Counted from the stretch's first letter, positions 47,043-57,730 are shown. The stretch: 64,000 nt of DNA from a virus (IMGVR_UViG_3300015263_001568:1-64000), one strand, 5' to 3'. Notes: generated by a model from the letters alone, not told the origin. A program made the numbers and translations.

Positions 47043-50000
47043 TCCAAGCGACCTATCAACAGCGAATCATGCTCGACCGCTACGCGCAGAAGGACCCGCA
47101 CGCAAAGCCAAAGGAAGGCGACTTGGTCATCGTCAAGATGACGCGCTCTTTTTCTTTGGATGGCGAGGAGATCACATCGCGTGAGCTTGGGCAAATTACC
47201 GAGGTCACCAATGGCGGCGGACCGGCACGCTACACTGTCGAGCTGGAAAATGAGATCGTAGCCGATCTCGATCGTAGCCGTGTAGAAGTCATCGTTGAAA
47301 AGACACCCGAGGACATCTGGCAGCGCTTGGCCAACGGCATCTGCAAAGCTGAATTTCTATATCTCAGCAATCCTCCGGACAGCCTTGCCTGGCAGCACAT
47401 TCAGTACCAGCTTGATCAAGCCGTGCTCCCGGACCAATGGAAGCCCATCCGGGAATTCCGCGACAAAGTCTATTCGGCGTTGTCACGCAATGAGTTCATT
47501 CCAGCCGGTAGAATCCAAGTTGGCCTCGGTCGAGAAGACCTCACGCTGACCCTGTTCAACTGCTACGTGCTGCCGCGACCTGAAGATTCTAGGCACGGCA
47601 TCACACGCCGCTGGGGTGAGATGTTCGAGATTTTCGCGCGTGGCGGCGGTATTGGATTTGACGTTAGCAGCATGCGCCCCGCCGGTGCGCCAGTTGCCAA
47701 AGTCAGTGGGCGATCCAGCGGCGCCATCAGTTGGATGGAGCAATGGAGCCAAGTCACCGGAGAAGTGGAGCAGGGCGGCTGCTTTTCTGGCAATACACGC
47801 ATTGCCACCACCAAAGGTTTAATCCGCGCAGAGGATCTAGCGAACCGTATTGACGCCGGCGCGCCGCACTGTGTGTATACGCATTCTCGTCCTCCAAGAC
47901 ACGTCACGCACGTTTTCCGAAATGGCCAGAAACGATTCTTTCGCGTGACCACCAAACGTGGCTATGAAATCGAAGTCACGGGTGACCACAAGATGGGTGT
48001 GCTCAAAGAAGGGCGCATTGAAACGGTGCCGCTAAAGCACCTTTCTGTTGGCGACAATGTGCTTCTATTGCTTCCAAAATGCCAATTCCCCGAGAAGTCC
48101 GCTGTGGAGTTGTCGGCAATCGACTACGAAAAGCCAAAGATGAGCACCACGCTCAACGAAGACGTGCGCTTTCCAATCACACTAAATGGGAAGCTCGCGT
48201 ATGTACTCGGCTACATGTACGGCAACGGTAGCGTCATCATGGGCAAGAAAGTCACATGGTCGTCGCCCAAAGGCATTTCGATGTCCGTGCCAACCAGTCG
48301 AGAAGACATTGCATGCAAACTGCAAGATTATATCCTCGACTGTTTTGGAGTGGTCGCCGAAATGGAGCCAGGCGACGGAGCCTGCGTGAATGTGAAACTG
48401 TACTCGCGCATCGTGGTGGAGTGGCTGAATACGAATGGCCTACTGAAGAAAAAAGCTGCGGATATCCGTGTACCCGAGCAGATATTTCATGCACCGGAAA
48501 CGGTAGTCAGCTCATTCGTTTCCGGCTACTTCGACGCAGATGGATCCGACCGCGGCATCAAAGGAGGCTACGGATTCGACTCTATCAGCAAAGGTATGCT
48601 GCAAGACGTGCAGAAGATTCTAGCCAGCTTTGGCATCGCTGCCAAGCTACGTCCAGAAGACCGGTCTTCTACAGGGTGGAGCACCCTCTACAGACTATCT
48701 GTAACGGGACCCGTATTTAAGGAACGCTTCATGGACTTCGCACGCTGGTCGATGAAGGCACAGCGACATACATCCAGGCGTGACACGAACATGTACCCGA
48801 TGGAAGCCTTCAAATCGTGCCAGGTGGATCCCAAGCTCTATAAAGGCTTGGTAGCAATTTCCTATGACGTGGTCTCGTATGCTGCGGTTAGCCGCGTTTT
48901 GGATCGCGCCGGTGATGAAGGACTGGGTGGGTCTGAACAGGCTGCCAAGATGGACGCACTGCTAAACGTTCTACCGGATGCCATTGATAGCATCGAAGAC
49001 GTCGGCATGATGGACGCTTTTGACTTTGAAGTCGATGAAGTCCACATGCTCAGCGGCGATGGATTCTACACCTCGAATTCCCGAAGAGGCGCTACGCTCT
49101 TTGGTATCGCGCCTTGGCATCCTGATGTCGAGCGCTTCATCGAGGTCAAGTCGGAGCGCAGCGCTTTCCGCATGTCGGGTGACGAGCTGCTTCAAAGCCT
49201 CAACCCCGAGATCATGGAGCAGTTCGGCGCACAGCTTCGTAAAATCTTCGTTGGGAAGGAAGATGCTGCCTCGATCAGCCGCAGCAAAGACCTCATCAAG
49301 AACGCCAATATCAGCGTGCTGTTCACCGAGGCGTTCATGGATGCCGTCGAGCGCGATGACTACTGGGACTTCGTTTTCCCTGACACCTCAGATCCGGAGT
49401 ACGACGCCATCTGGCATGGTGACATCGAGGCTTGGCGCGCGTTGGGCAAGCCCGTCATCCACTACGGCACCAAGAAGGCACGTGATCTTTGGTACCGCCT
49501 CATCGACCGTGCGTGGGCGTCGGGAGAGCCAGGTGTCCTTTTTGTCGATAGAATGAACGAAATGAGCAATAGCTGGTACTATGCGCCCATAGAGTGCACA
49601 AACCCGTGCGTTACCGGTGATTCGCTCATCTACACCAGCCGCGGTCTGATCACGGTGGACGATCTGATGGCGGAGCGCACGCAGCCCCAATATCTTGTCG
49701 ACAGCCGCTTCGGCTACGAGCCTACATTTTCTGAAGGCACCAAATTCTGGTGCTCGGGTGAGAAGCCCATCTATCGTCTAGAGACTAAAGAAGGCTACAC
49801 CATCCGCGCCACAGCCGACCACAAGATCATGACGTCGCGCGGGTGGGTGCAACTTGCGAAGTTAAAGGAAGGCGACAAAGTGCACATCGCCAATCGCGGT
49901 GGCGCTTTCGGAAAAGAAGGCACGCTAGAGTTCGGCCGCGTCTTGGGCTGGTTCATTGGCGATGGATATTTCACTGGTGAAAAAGCCATATTGGATTTCT

Positions 50001-53000
50001 ACGGAGATAAGCATCAGCTAGCCGACACATTCGTAGGCTACGTGCAAGACTTGGTCGGGCACGACAAGGACTATAATCCACAGTACAACATCACAGGGTA
50101 CACGGTTGAGGCGCGCGATCTGGTAACCATTCAATCCGAACGCCTCTACCAAATGCTGCACGAGTTTGGAATCACGGAAGACACCAAGCTGCGCGTGCCG
50201 AAGATCGTGCAGCGTGGCACCGCTGACATGCAGCGCGGGTTCCTTCAGGCGCTGTTTGATGCGGATGGCTCAGTTCAGGGGTCAAACAAGAATCCTACGA
50301 CAGTCATTCGGCTGACCTCTATCTCGGATGACTTGTTAATCGGTGTACAGCAGCTTTTGTTGAACTTCGGCATCGCTTGCCGCATCTACTGGGAACGCCG
50401 ACCTGCCGGCTACCGTAAACTGCCGGATGGCAAGGGGGGCTTGAAGCGCTACTGGTGCCAGGCGTATCACGAGCTAGAAATCTCAAAAGCAAATCTGCAA
50501 GTGTTTGCGGACGAAATCGGGTTCCTCCGTGATGTCCACCAAGGTAAGCTACGAACGCGCCTTGCCGCCTACATCCGACCACCACAGGCCGAAAAGTTCA
50601 CTGCACGCGTGTTCAGAATCGAAAGCGATGGTGTAGAGAAGGTCTACGACGTCACCGTTCACAACACCCACAGCTTCGTAAGTAGTGGAATTTGCTTAGC
50701 AAATTGCGGTGAGCAGAGTTTACCAGCCAACTCGGTTTGTAACTTGGGTCACATCAATTTAGCACAGTTTGTTCGTGCCTCCAGTGAAAATTTCCCAACC
50801 AGCTCCCGCACCAGCGAAGACGCGCAGCGAGCCTTCAATCTGCCGCACTTTAGGGACGTCGTAGCAACGTGCGTTCGTTTCCTCGACAACGTGATTGATG
50901 TCGAGAATTTCTTTATCCCTGCCGTCGAAGAACGCCAACGTGCTGAACGCCGTGTTGGCCTTGGCATTCTTGGCTACGGAGAGCTGCTAGTACGTCTTGG
51001 GCTTCGCTATGGATCTGACGAGGCGGTCGACTTCACGCACTGGCTTTTCCAGCAGCTCGCTGAAGCCAGCTATAGAGCGTCTGTTGACTTGGCAAAGGAC
51101 CGTGGTGAATTTCCGCTATTTGATGCTGAGAAGTTCCTCCAGTCTGGCTTCATGAAGGGCATGCCGTCAGAAGTACGCGACGCAATACGCGAGCACGGTA
51201 TTCGCAACGTCACATTGAATACGATCGCGCCAACGGGTTCCGTGGGCACCGCGGTTGGCACCACTACAGGCATCGAACCCTATATTGCCTTGAATTGGCT
51301 AGCCCGTAGTCGCGTTGGTGAAGCAGCGGAAAAAGCCAACGTGATGGAAAAGCTGGAAGAGAAATTCGGTGAGCGTAGCAATTGGCCCGACTACTTCGTA
51401 ACCATCGCCAACATCACGCCATCGGAGCACGTCAGAACGCAAGCAGCAGCGCAGCGTTGGATTGATTCCTCCATCTCCAAGTGCGTTACCGGAGATACCC
51501 TGATAGCGACAACGGACGGACTTATCCGTATTGCATCGCTGCACCAAGGGGAAGCGGCCGACAGTTTCAGAGATGCAGAGCTAGAAGTGGCTTCGGTAGG
51601 ACCGAATCAGAAAACGTCTGCCTTCTATTACGGCGGACCTAGGACGGTGAAGAAGGTAGTCCTTCATTCTGGTCATACCGTGAAAGGCACGGAAAATCAT
51701 CGACTGCTTGTCGGCACAGTAGACGGTCTGCGTTGGGTAAGGATGGATCAAATACAAGAAGGCGATCTAGTAGCCGCCCGTTATGGCGCGGATATTTGGT
51801 CATCGCAGCCGTCAAAATTTGCTGACTTCTCCCCAAGCCAAAAATATGGAAATCAGAAGTCCGTTAAGCACCCGATTGAGATGACTGAGGACTTGGCCTG
51901 GCTTCTGGGTGCCTACGCGGCCGAGGGCCATACTACACAATCCACTTGGACAATCACCATCACAAACTCAGTAGAGGCGGTGCTACAAAAGGCCGTAGCT
52001 GTCTGGGAATCAGAATTTGGCGTTGCTGCACGCATAACTCGACAGAGCGGGAAATGCCCTGGTGTAGAAGTCGCCTCAAAAGAAATCGTAGAATTCTTTG
52101 ACTACCTTGGGTGTGGCCATAGATCGAACGAAAAGCGGATTCCGGAGGTGGTACTACGCTCTCCAAAACCGATGGTTCTAGCATTTCTACAAGGTCTGTT
52201 TTTGGATGCCTACACTACTGATGGCACGCTAACAAAATGGGCCATCTGCCTAAATTCCAATGGCATGTTGGATGACCTACAAGCGATCCTTACCAACTTG
52301 GGTGTTATTCACAGCCGAATCTCCAAGTACAACCCTGACTACGACAAGCATTATGACGAAGTGTACGCCTGTGGATTAGACGCGCAGAAGCTCATGTCCA
52401 TGGTGCCGTTCATGGAACCGGACAAGAAGGCACGCGCGGACGCCATTCTAGCAAAAGACCTTAGTAGCTGTATCAACAAAGCAGACATCGTGCCTGTTGA
52501 CCGCCGTGCTTTGCATGAACTGATTCCACATGGGAAACGGAAAGCCTTCGGCGCTGCGCTACGAAATGTGAATACTACGTTCCCAAGCCGGCATACGATT
52601 GAACGGTTTGCCGCAGCGTACCCAAACGCGCTACCAGATTACGTGAGAACCATCTTGGACAGCGACCTGCATTTCAGCCCCGTGATGTCGATTGCGGACG
52701 ACGGTGTGCAGGAAGTTTTTGACCTATCCGTTCCTGACAACCATGCTTTTGTAGGAAATGGGATCGTAAACCACAACACGGTCAACCTACCGCAGAGCGC
52801 TACCATAGAGGACGTGAGCGAAGCCTACCTGGAAATGTACCGCCAAGGTTGCAAAGGCGGAACGGTATATCGTGACCGCTCACGCGATCGGCAGGTGCTC
52901 TACACTCTCGATGAACAGCCGGCAATCGTCGAAGAGCTTACCACTGCGGAATTTGAAGAAGCAGCGCCTGAAGGGTGCCTGCGCCCGCGGCTGTCTGTCG

Positions 53001-53644
53001 GCATCGCGCCATTGTTCACGCAAGACACGCCGGTCGGGCATATCCATGTTGCCATTCGGCATCATCCTGACAATCATCAACCGTACGACATTTTCGTCGT
53101 GAGTGGCAAAGGCAACGTCGGCGCTGATGTGCAGGCATTGGCACGATTGATGTCGATGATCATGCGGTGGCCCAACAACGCACGCATCAATCAGACCACG
53201 CGACTGGAAATGATTCATCATCAGCTGCAAGGGATTGTCGGCCACGGCCAAGTGGGCTTTGGCCCCAATGCTGTCGTCAGCTTGCCCGATGGTATCGCTC
53301 GGTCCATCCGGCGATACCTCGAAGGTGAGTACCCGCAAACTGTACCGGCCGATACACTTGACCCCGCCCTGAAGACTGTTTTGGCTAAGCTGATACAGCA
53401 TCAAGGCAAAGACACCACGCTAGAAGCCATCCTGAGCCTTCTGGAGGCGTCGGCGAGCAACAACAATGGGATGGCCCCAATAGAGCTGACGTCCGCTGAC
53501 GGCGCCTCTGAGGCGCTGCATTGGGACGTGCCGAACGACTTCAGCTTCCCCTACGACATGTGCCCTAGCTGTGGGCGGACGACGCTGCTACGGATACCTG
53601 GTAAGTGCGCAGATTGTAAGGAATGTGGATATTCTGCGTGCTAA
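47039..53644 (+). CDS. nrdJ: Class II (B12-dependent) ribonucleotide reductase with three inteins (about 970-aa extein)
   Basis: FIPAGR, LFNCYV, GGGIG, GEPG, TNP|CGEQ, CNLG, RRVGLG, IAPTG and SISK|TVN motifs; C-terminal TSCPD-like domain and Zn ribbon. Confidence 0.95.
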   Translation: MIQATYQQRIMLDRYAQKDPHAKPKEGDLVIVKMTRSFSLDGEEITSRELGQITEVTNGGGPARYTVELENEIVADLDRSRVEVIVEKTPEDIWQRLANGICKAEFLYLSNPPDSLAWQHIQYQLDQAVLPDQWKPIREFRDKVYSALSRNEFIPAGRIQVGLGREDLTLTLFNCYVLPRPEDSRHGITRRWGEMFEIFARGGGIGFDVSSMRPAGAPVAKVSGRSSGAISWMEQWSQVTGEVEQGGCFSGNTRIATTKGLIRAEDLANRIDAGAPHCVYTHSRPPRHVTHVFRNGQKRFFRVTTKRGYEIEVTGDHKMGVLKEGRIETVPLKHLSVGDNVLLLLPKCQFPEKSAVELSAIDYEKPKMSTTLNEDVRFPITLNGKLAYVLGYMYGNGSVIMGKKVTWSSPKGISMSVPTSREDIACKLQDYILDCFGVVAEMEPGDGACVNVKLYSRIVVEWLNTNGLLKKKAADIRVPEQIFHAPETVVSSFVSGYFDADGSDRGIKGGYGFDSISKGMLQDVQKILASFGIAAKLRPEDRSSTGWSTLYRLSVTGPVFKERFMDFARWSMKAQRHTSRRDTNMYPMEAFKSCQVDPKLYKGLVAISYDVVSYAAVSRVLDRAGDEGLGGSEQAAKMDALLNVLPDAIDSIEDVGMMDAFDFEVDEVHMLSGDGFYTSNSRRGATLFGIAPWHPDVERFIEVKSERSAFRMSGDELLQSLNPEIMEQFGAQLRKIFVGKEDAASISRSKDLIKNANISVLFTEAFMDAVERDDYWDFVFPDTSDPEYDAIWHGDIEAWRALGKPVIHYGTKKARDLWYRLIDRAWASGEPGVLFVDRMNEMSNSWYYAPIECTNPCVTGDSLIYTSRGLITVDDLMAERTQPQYLVDSRFGYEPTFSEGTKFWCSGEKPIYRLETKEGYTIRATADHKIMTSRGWVQLAKLKEGDKVHIANRGGAFGKEGTLEFGRVLGWFIGDGYFTGEKAILDFYGDKHQLADTFVGYVQDLVGHDKDYNPQYNITGYTVEARDLVTIQSERLYQMLHEFGITEDTKLRVPKIVQRGTADMQRGFLQALFDADGSVQGSNKNPTTVIRLTSISDDLLIGVQQLLLNFGIACRIYWERRPAGYRKLPDGKGGLKRYWCQAYHELEISKANLQVFADEIGFLRDVHQGKLRTRLAAYIRPPQAEKFTARVFRIESDGVEKVYDVTVHNTHSFVSSGICLANCGEQSLPANSVCNLGHINLAQFVRASSENFPTSSRTSEDAQRAFNLPHFRDVVATCVRFLDNVIDVENFFIPAVEERQRAERRVGLGILGYGELLVRLGLRYGSDEAVDFTHWLFQQLAEASYRASVDLAKDRGEFPLFDAEKFLQSGFMKGMPSEVRDAIREHGIRNVTLNTIAPTGSVGTAVGTTTGIEPYIALNWLARSRVGEAAEKANVMEKLEEKFGERSNWPDYFVTIANITPSEHVRTQAAAQRWIDSSISKCVTGDTLIATTDGLIRIASLHQGEAADSFRDAELEVASVGPNQKTSAFYYGGPRTVKKVVLHSGHTVKGTENHRLLVGTVDGLRWVRMDQIQEGDLVAARYGADIWSSQPSKFADFSPSQKYGNQKSVKHPIEMTEDLAWLLGAYAAEGHTTQSTWTITITNSVEAVLQKAVAVWESEFGVAARITRQSGKCPGVEVASKEIVEFFDYLGCGHRSNEKRIPEVVLRSPKPMVLAFLQGLFLDAYTTDGTLTKWAICLNSNGMLDDLQAILTNLGVIHSRISKYNPDYDKHYDEVYACGLDAQKLMSMVPFMEPDKKARADAILAKDLSSCINKADIVPVDRRALHELIPHGKRKAFGAALRNVNTTFPSRHTIERFAAAYPNALPDYVRTILDSDLHFSPVMSIADDGVQEVFDLSVPDNHAFVGNGIVNHNTVNLPQSATIEDVSEAYLEMYRQGCKGGTVYRDRSRDRQVLYTLDEQPAIVEELTTAEFEEAAPEGCLRPRLSVGIAPLFTQDTPVGHIHVAIRHHPDNHQPYDIFVVSGKGNVGADVQALARLMSMIMRWPNNARINQTTRLEMIHHQLQGIVGHGQVGFGPNAVVSLPDGIARSIRRYLEGEYPQTVPADTLDPALKTVLAKLIQHQGKDTTLEAILSLLEASASNNNGMAPIELTSADGASEALHWDVPNDFSFPYDMCPSCGRTTLLRIPGKCADCKECGYSAC
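47780..49078 (+). mobile_element. Intein 1 with LAGLIDADG homing endonuclease (433 aa)
   Basis: QGG|CFSGNT...YTSN|SRRGA; blocks YVLGYMYGNG and FVSGYFDADG. Confidence 0.92.
49607..50704 (+). mobile_element. Intein 2 with LAGLIDADG homing endonuclease (366 aa)
   Basis: TNP|CVTGDS...CLAN|CGEQ; blocks VLGWFIGDG and FLQALFDADG. Confidence 0.93.
51482..52777 (+). mobile_element. Intein 3 with LAGLIDADG-like domain (432 aa)
   Basis: SISK|CVTGDT...VNHN|TVNLP; blocks LLGAYAAEG and FLQGLFLD. Confidence 0.92.
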
Positions 53645-53678
53645 GCTAGTCCATTGACTAAGATCATCCACCAAGATC

Positions 53679-54632
53679 ATGACCATGCCCCACGAATCAC
53701 AGCACGTCAAAAAACGGACACCAACGGATGAATTTGAGGCCATCGAGCGGCTAGACCGCCTGTTTGAGGTACGCCTCGACAGCACGGATGCACCGTTAGA
53801 GCCGGGCGACTTCATCACGTTCGAGGAATGGGACCAGCAGCAGCGCCAGTACACCGGCCGCCGCATGTCCTACCGAGTTAGCTACGCCATCCACACCAAG
53901 GAGCTGGCTTCACGTTATGGGTGGTCGGAAGACGACATCGCTAAGCGTGGAATGAATCTGTATGGATTGGTTCCACCAGACTATCGACGGATGCGCAGCG
54001 TTTTTGCGCACGCGTTCGTCATCGCCCTTGTCGTCCAAAAGTTCGATTCTGATCGCCAATGGGAGCTGGTAGAAGGCCCCACATTTTTACCTTTTTTGCT
54101 GTGCCCTACCATCGACATCAGCTCACTGATATCTTTTTCCAACATCGACCGGTGGCCTGCGGGGATTTACTCCGTCCACTGGATGATTGACTTAGACAAC
54201 CCGGAGCATGTTGGGATAGCAGAAATCAAGATTGTCGACATGCTGGTGTGGACGTGGACGTCCTATCTCGAAAACGAAATTGAAGAGGAGCGCACGCAGC
54301 TCTTCTTGCAAGAGCTAGACCCGCAAGCATTGCGAAATGGTGATACGATCAACATTGACGGCAAGAAGCTTATCCCTGCGCATCCGGACGAAATTGGCGC
54401 TTTGTACGGGGCTGACGAAGAGGATGACGATGGGAATGTGGATATTGAAGATGAAGGTACAGATGACGATTTAGCTGAAGACGATGACCCTTGGAGTACG
54501 GCGCGCTACGAAGCTGCCGCTGGCAGTGATGAGCGGCGCTCGCAAGAATTCATTCACAGGCTCCTCCATGGGAAAATATCAGACGATGAACTAGAACAGG
54601 CCATGTTCGACAAGGACGCAGGAGACGTATAA
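53679..54632 (+). CDS. Protein with N-terminal ASCH/DUF3850-like domain
   Basis: FEAI..FEVR..PGDFITFEEWD..YTGR pattern; acidic C-terminus. Confidence 0.6.
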   Translation: MTMPHESQHVKKRTPTDEFEAIERLDRLFEVRLDSTDAPLEPGDFITFEEWDQQQRQYTGRRMSYRVSYAIHTKELASRYGWSEDDIAKRGMNLYGLVPPDYRRMRSVFAHAFVIALVVQKFDSDRQWELVEGPTFLPFLLCPTIDISSLISFSNIDRWPAGIYSVHWMIDLDNPEHVGIAEIKIVDMLVWTWTSYLENEIEEERTQLFLQELDPQALRNGDTINIDGKKLIPAHPDEIGALYGADEEDDDGNVDIEDEGTDDDLAEDDDPWSTARYEAAAGSDERRSQEFIHRLLHGKISDDELEQAMFDKDAGDV

Positions 54633-54994
54633 TGACCGAACATCCATGGGAAGAGCGGCCAGCTTGGGTAGTGTTGATGCTACTATCCTCCAAAGCTGAT
54701 GTAGATCGCGCTGCGGCGGCGTACTTCGGCCCAGACAAAGCAGCTAGCGAAACATTCATAGCGGAATTTGGGATCGACCTAACGCAGTTCATCGGGCACT
54801 ACTTGGAGGTCGATGTGGCCGAAGCCCCCATGGGACCGTTCGTCAAGGGACGTGTGCGCCCCATCGTCAGCATTAGCAAAGATGGGGAAAAGTACCGTCC
54901 TCGGGTATTCAGCCATCAAGAAGGCTTGTTCAACACAAACACAGGATTGGCGTGGGTGTCGGTTGAGGATTGGGAAAGCCTAATCGGCGCATGA
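54632..54994 (+). CDS. Hypothetical protein
   Basis: TAATG coupling. Confidence 0.65.
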   Translation: MTEHPWEERPAWVVLMLLSSKADVDRAAAAYFGPDKAASETFIAEFGIDLTQFIGHYLEVDVAEAPMGPFVKGRVRPIVSISKDGEKYRPRVFSHQEGLFNTNTGLAWVSVEDWESLIGA

Positions 54995-55383
54995 ACAAGA
55001 AATCCCAAACCGAATTATTCGCGCCGCGCTTTAAGGGCAAGGCCGCTGAGATAATCGACCTCAGCGAAAAAGAGCACGAGGCCATCGCTTTACGTATTAG
55101 CGATGAGCAGGCGCTCCTTGTCATGTGGGACGTAGACGAGTCTGGAGCGCGCCGATTCCGTATCCGTATGCTGGGCTTTGACAGTAATGGCCGTCCCATT
55201 TTCAAACAGTTCCGCCAGAACGAAAAGGCCACTGCCTTCATGGGCGAGATTGCCATCATGGGTCCTGGAAGCTCCGAACTATGGTCGTCGATGGGCTACG
55301 AAGATCCAGATGACATCGACGCCGAAGGCAACATCACCAACAAACCGCGGGAGATCGTAATCATCCCGGTACAGGATTATTGA
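54991..55383 (+). CDS. Hypothetical protein
   Basis: ATGA coupling at 54991. Confidence 0.65.
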   Translation: MNKKSQTELFAPRFKGKAAEIIDLSEKEHEAIALRISDEQALLVMWDVDESGARRFRIRMLGFDSNGRPIFKQFRQNEKATAFMGEIAIMGPGSSELWSSMGYEDPDDIDAEGNITNKPREIVIIPVQDY

Positions 55384-55961
55384 TGTCAGACCAAGAGGAC
55401 TTTGAACGTGTAAAGCCCTTGTTGTCAGTCCGTGACGAGCCAGCAGGCACCATTTACACACCGCCTGATGGGCAGCCCGTCGACAATGAAGGCATCTATC
55501 TTCCTGACGATCCCAGCGTGATGACCGACAGGCTCGTCAACTGGGAACGGCGCTTTCTCCTGCCGTTGGCGCAAATCGTTTCCCGTGTTTTTCGCGTCCT
55601 TCCAATCACGGATGATGTGTACCGCACCTTGCCACAGGATACGCGGAACTCGGTACTGTGCGTTGTGCTCAGCCGCTCCGAAATTCAGCAAGTCGCCGGA
55701 GCGGACGCCATTCGCTGGCCGGCTATCCGTGTCGTTGTGAAGCAGTATGAAGTCGTTAGGATCAACGTAGTCTGCGATTTCAGCCGCAAAGTCTGCGACG
55801 TCGAATTCATGGACTTGTGGCGCAACGCAAAGCCCGGCTACGAGCGCATTATCGATCCCAATGGTCGTGCCATTGGCCCTCAGACCATCTATCAAATTCT
55901 CACACGCTACGCGGCCATTGAAGGCATTTTGCCCAGCGTGATGATCCCTTCGGTGCGCTGA
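55383..55961 (+). CDS. Hypothetical protein
   Basis: TGATG coupling. Confidence 0.65.
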   Translation: MSDQEDFERVKPLLSVRDEPAGTIYTPPDGQPVDNEGIYLPDDPSVMTDRLVNWERRFLLPLAQIVSRVFRVLPITDDVYRTLPQDTRNSVLCVVLSRSEIQQVAGADAIRWPAIRVVVKQYEVVRINVVCDFSRKVCDVEFMDLWRNAKPGYERIIDPNGRAIGPQTIYQILTRYAAIEGILPSVMIPSVR

Positions 55962-56218
55962 TGGCCAATCCACGTACCAGTGAAAGTTTAGAAGCGCTGC
56001 TTGCCGACCTTGCCGAAGCAAAAAAGCGCTGTGCTAGGGACGAAGAGCAGCTACAAACACTGTGGCAATTGGTGCACCACCTGATCTTGTTGGAAGACCC
56101 ACGCATCGATGCTGTTCTGCAAAAGTTGAACATCACATTCACCGTCGACGGCAAGCAGATTTTCCCCCGCCACAAGCCGCTGTCTCCTACCGTTATCTAC
56201 GACACCAAAACCAATTAA
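55961..56218 (+). CDS. Hypothetical protein
   Basis: TGATG coupling. Confidence 0.6.
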   Translation: MANPRTSESLEALLADLAEAKKRCARDEEQLQTLWQLVHHLILLEDPRIDAVLQKLNITFTVDGKQIFPRHKPLSPTVIYDTKTN

Positions 56219-56219
56219 A

Positions 56220-57710
56220 ATGCCGAAAATCGTCCTCGCTAACCAGTGTTTTGTGCCCGAATCCATGATAACGCGAGATGATTTACAACGATGGTATTAC
56301 GAATGGGAAGAAGACGTTGTCGAGGACAAGCTGGACGAAAATGGTGTGGTGATTTTTGACGGTGATGGTAAACCCATGACGGTGCGCACCAAGGTGCAAA
56401 AATCACTGAAAACGTATGAATGGGTAGTGGATGACAGCGGCCGGCGTTGGGTTGGTCTGCCACGCGGAAATTTCAACAAAGTGCGCCCGCTGTTGCGCGC
56501 CAACCGAAAAGACGTCGTAGACCTACGCTGTCACGCGCCGCTCGATCTCGGAATGGCTATCAACAAGAGCACGCGTTCTGATCCGCGTTGGAAATCACAG
56601 AAGGATGCAGTCAAAGAGTGGCTGCAATATGGCTGGGGAATCATCCGTGGGGAGCCTGGTAGCGGAAAAACCACAATGGGCATCGCTGCCATTGCCGCCG
56701 TCAAGCAGCGCACGCTCATCTTGTCTGCACGGCGCGACGGCAACACGCACTGGATTAACCAGTTGCGCAAGCACACCAACTTGCAAGAGATAGAGGAGCT
56801 AGAAGGGCGCGAACTAGTAGGCGTCTACAAAGCGAAGAGAAACCGCATCTGGCCAATCACTGTGGTGACGGTGCAATCATTCCTGCATGACAAGGGGCAC
56901 GGGCGCCTCGCTGAGCTGCAACAGAAATTCGGTATGGTGCTCATCGACGAAGTGCACGAGTTCGGCTCGCCAAAATTCTCGTATATCCTGAGCTGCACCA
57001 ATCCTCGCTACATCCTAGGTGTAACCGCCACGCCAAAACGTAGTGACAGAAAACACCACCTGGTGTATGACCTCGTGGGTCCGGTTGTAGCCCAAGCAAA
57101 ATCAAAGCAGATGAAGCCAAAAGTCACGTTCATTCTTACAGGCGTCATGGCGCCGGAATGGATTTACAAACAGCCATTTCCTCCGCACTACCGCTGGCAA
57201 AAGTGCTTGGAAACGCTTGTCGCATCCGAAAAGCGCTACGACATCATCATACGGGAGCTGTTGCGGGACATCGAGCGCGGGCGCATCATCGCCTGCGTCT
57301 CTGAGCGACGAGAAGTCGTGCAGCGCTTGTTTAGCACGCTGTGCGACCGCGGCGTGGATAATGTCGCGTACGTAGACGGCGGCACAAAAAACCGCGAAGC
57401 GATATACGAGTCCGTGCGTGATGGCCAAGTGCAAGTGCTGTGCGCCGGGAAGGTGCTGAACGCTCTGGTTGACATCGCGGTGCTCGACTGCATTCACCTG
57501 GTGACGCCGGTGAACAACGAAAAGAGCGTGAAGCAGATTTACGGACGCGGAAACCGCTGGTTTGAAAATAAGGTGACGCCGGAAGTCAAAGACTACGTAG
57601 ACCAAGGCGGCCAGCTGACGGGAGCGTTCAAAAATCGCAACCGTATATGTCTGGAGAATGACTGGCAGACCGAAGTAATAGACGGCGCGCGCAGTTCTTT
57701 CTGGAAGTAA
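56220..57710 (+). CDS. Superfamily 2 helicase (UvsW/Rad25-like)
   Basis: GEPGSGKT, DEVH, TATP and QIYGR motifs. Confidence 0.9.
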   Translation: MPKIVLANQCFVPESMITRDDLQRWYYEWEEDVVEDKLDENGVVIFDGDGKPMTVRTKVQKSLKTYEWVVDDSGRRWVGLPRGNFNKVRPLLRANRKDVVDLRCHAPLDLGMAINKSTRSDPRWKSQKDAVKEWLQYGWGIIRGEPGSGKTTMGIAAIAAVKQRTLILSARRDGNTHWINQLRKHTNLQEIEELEGRELVGVYKAKRNRIWPITVVTVQSFLHDKGHGRLAELQQKFGMVLIDEVHEFGSPKFSYILSCTNPRYILGVTATPKRSDRKHHLVYDLVGPVVAQAKSKQMKPKVTFILTGVMAPEWIYKQPFPPHYRWQKCLETLVASEKRYDIIIRELLRDIERGRIIACVSERREVVQRLFSTLCDRGVDNVAYVDGGTKNREAIYESVRDGQVQVLCAGKVLNALVDIAVLDCIHLVTPVNNEKSVKQIYGRGNRWFENKVTPEVKDYVDQGGQLTGAFKNRNRICLENDWQTEVIDGARSSFWK

Positions 57711-57724
57711 GGTGGGTACTTGAG

Positions 57725-57730
57725 TAGAAT
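57725..57730 (+). promoter_or_regulatory. -10 element candidate (TAGAAT), leaderless spacing
   Basis: TAGAATGGCGCG directly precedes ATG 57737. Confidence 0.4.
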
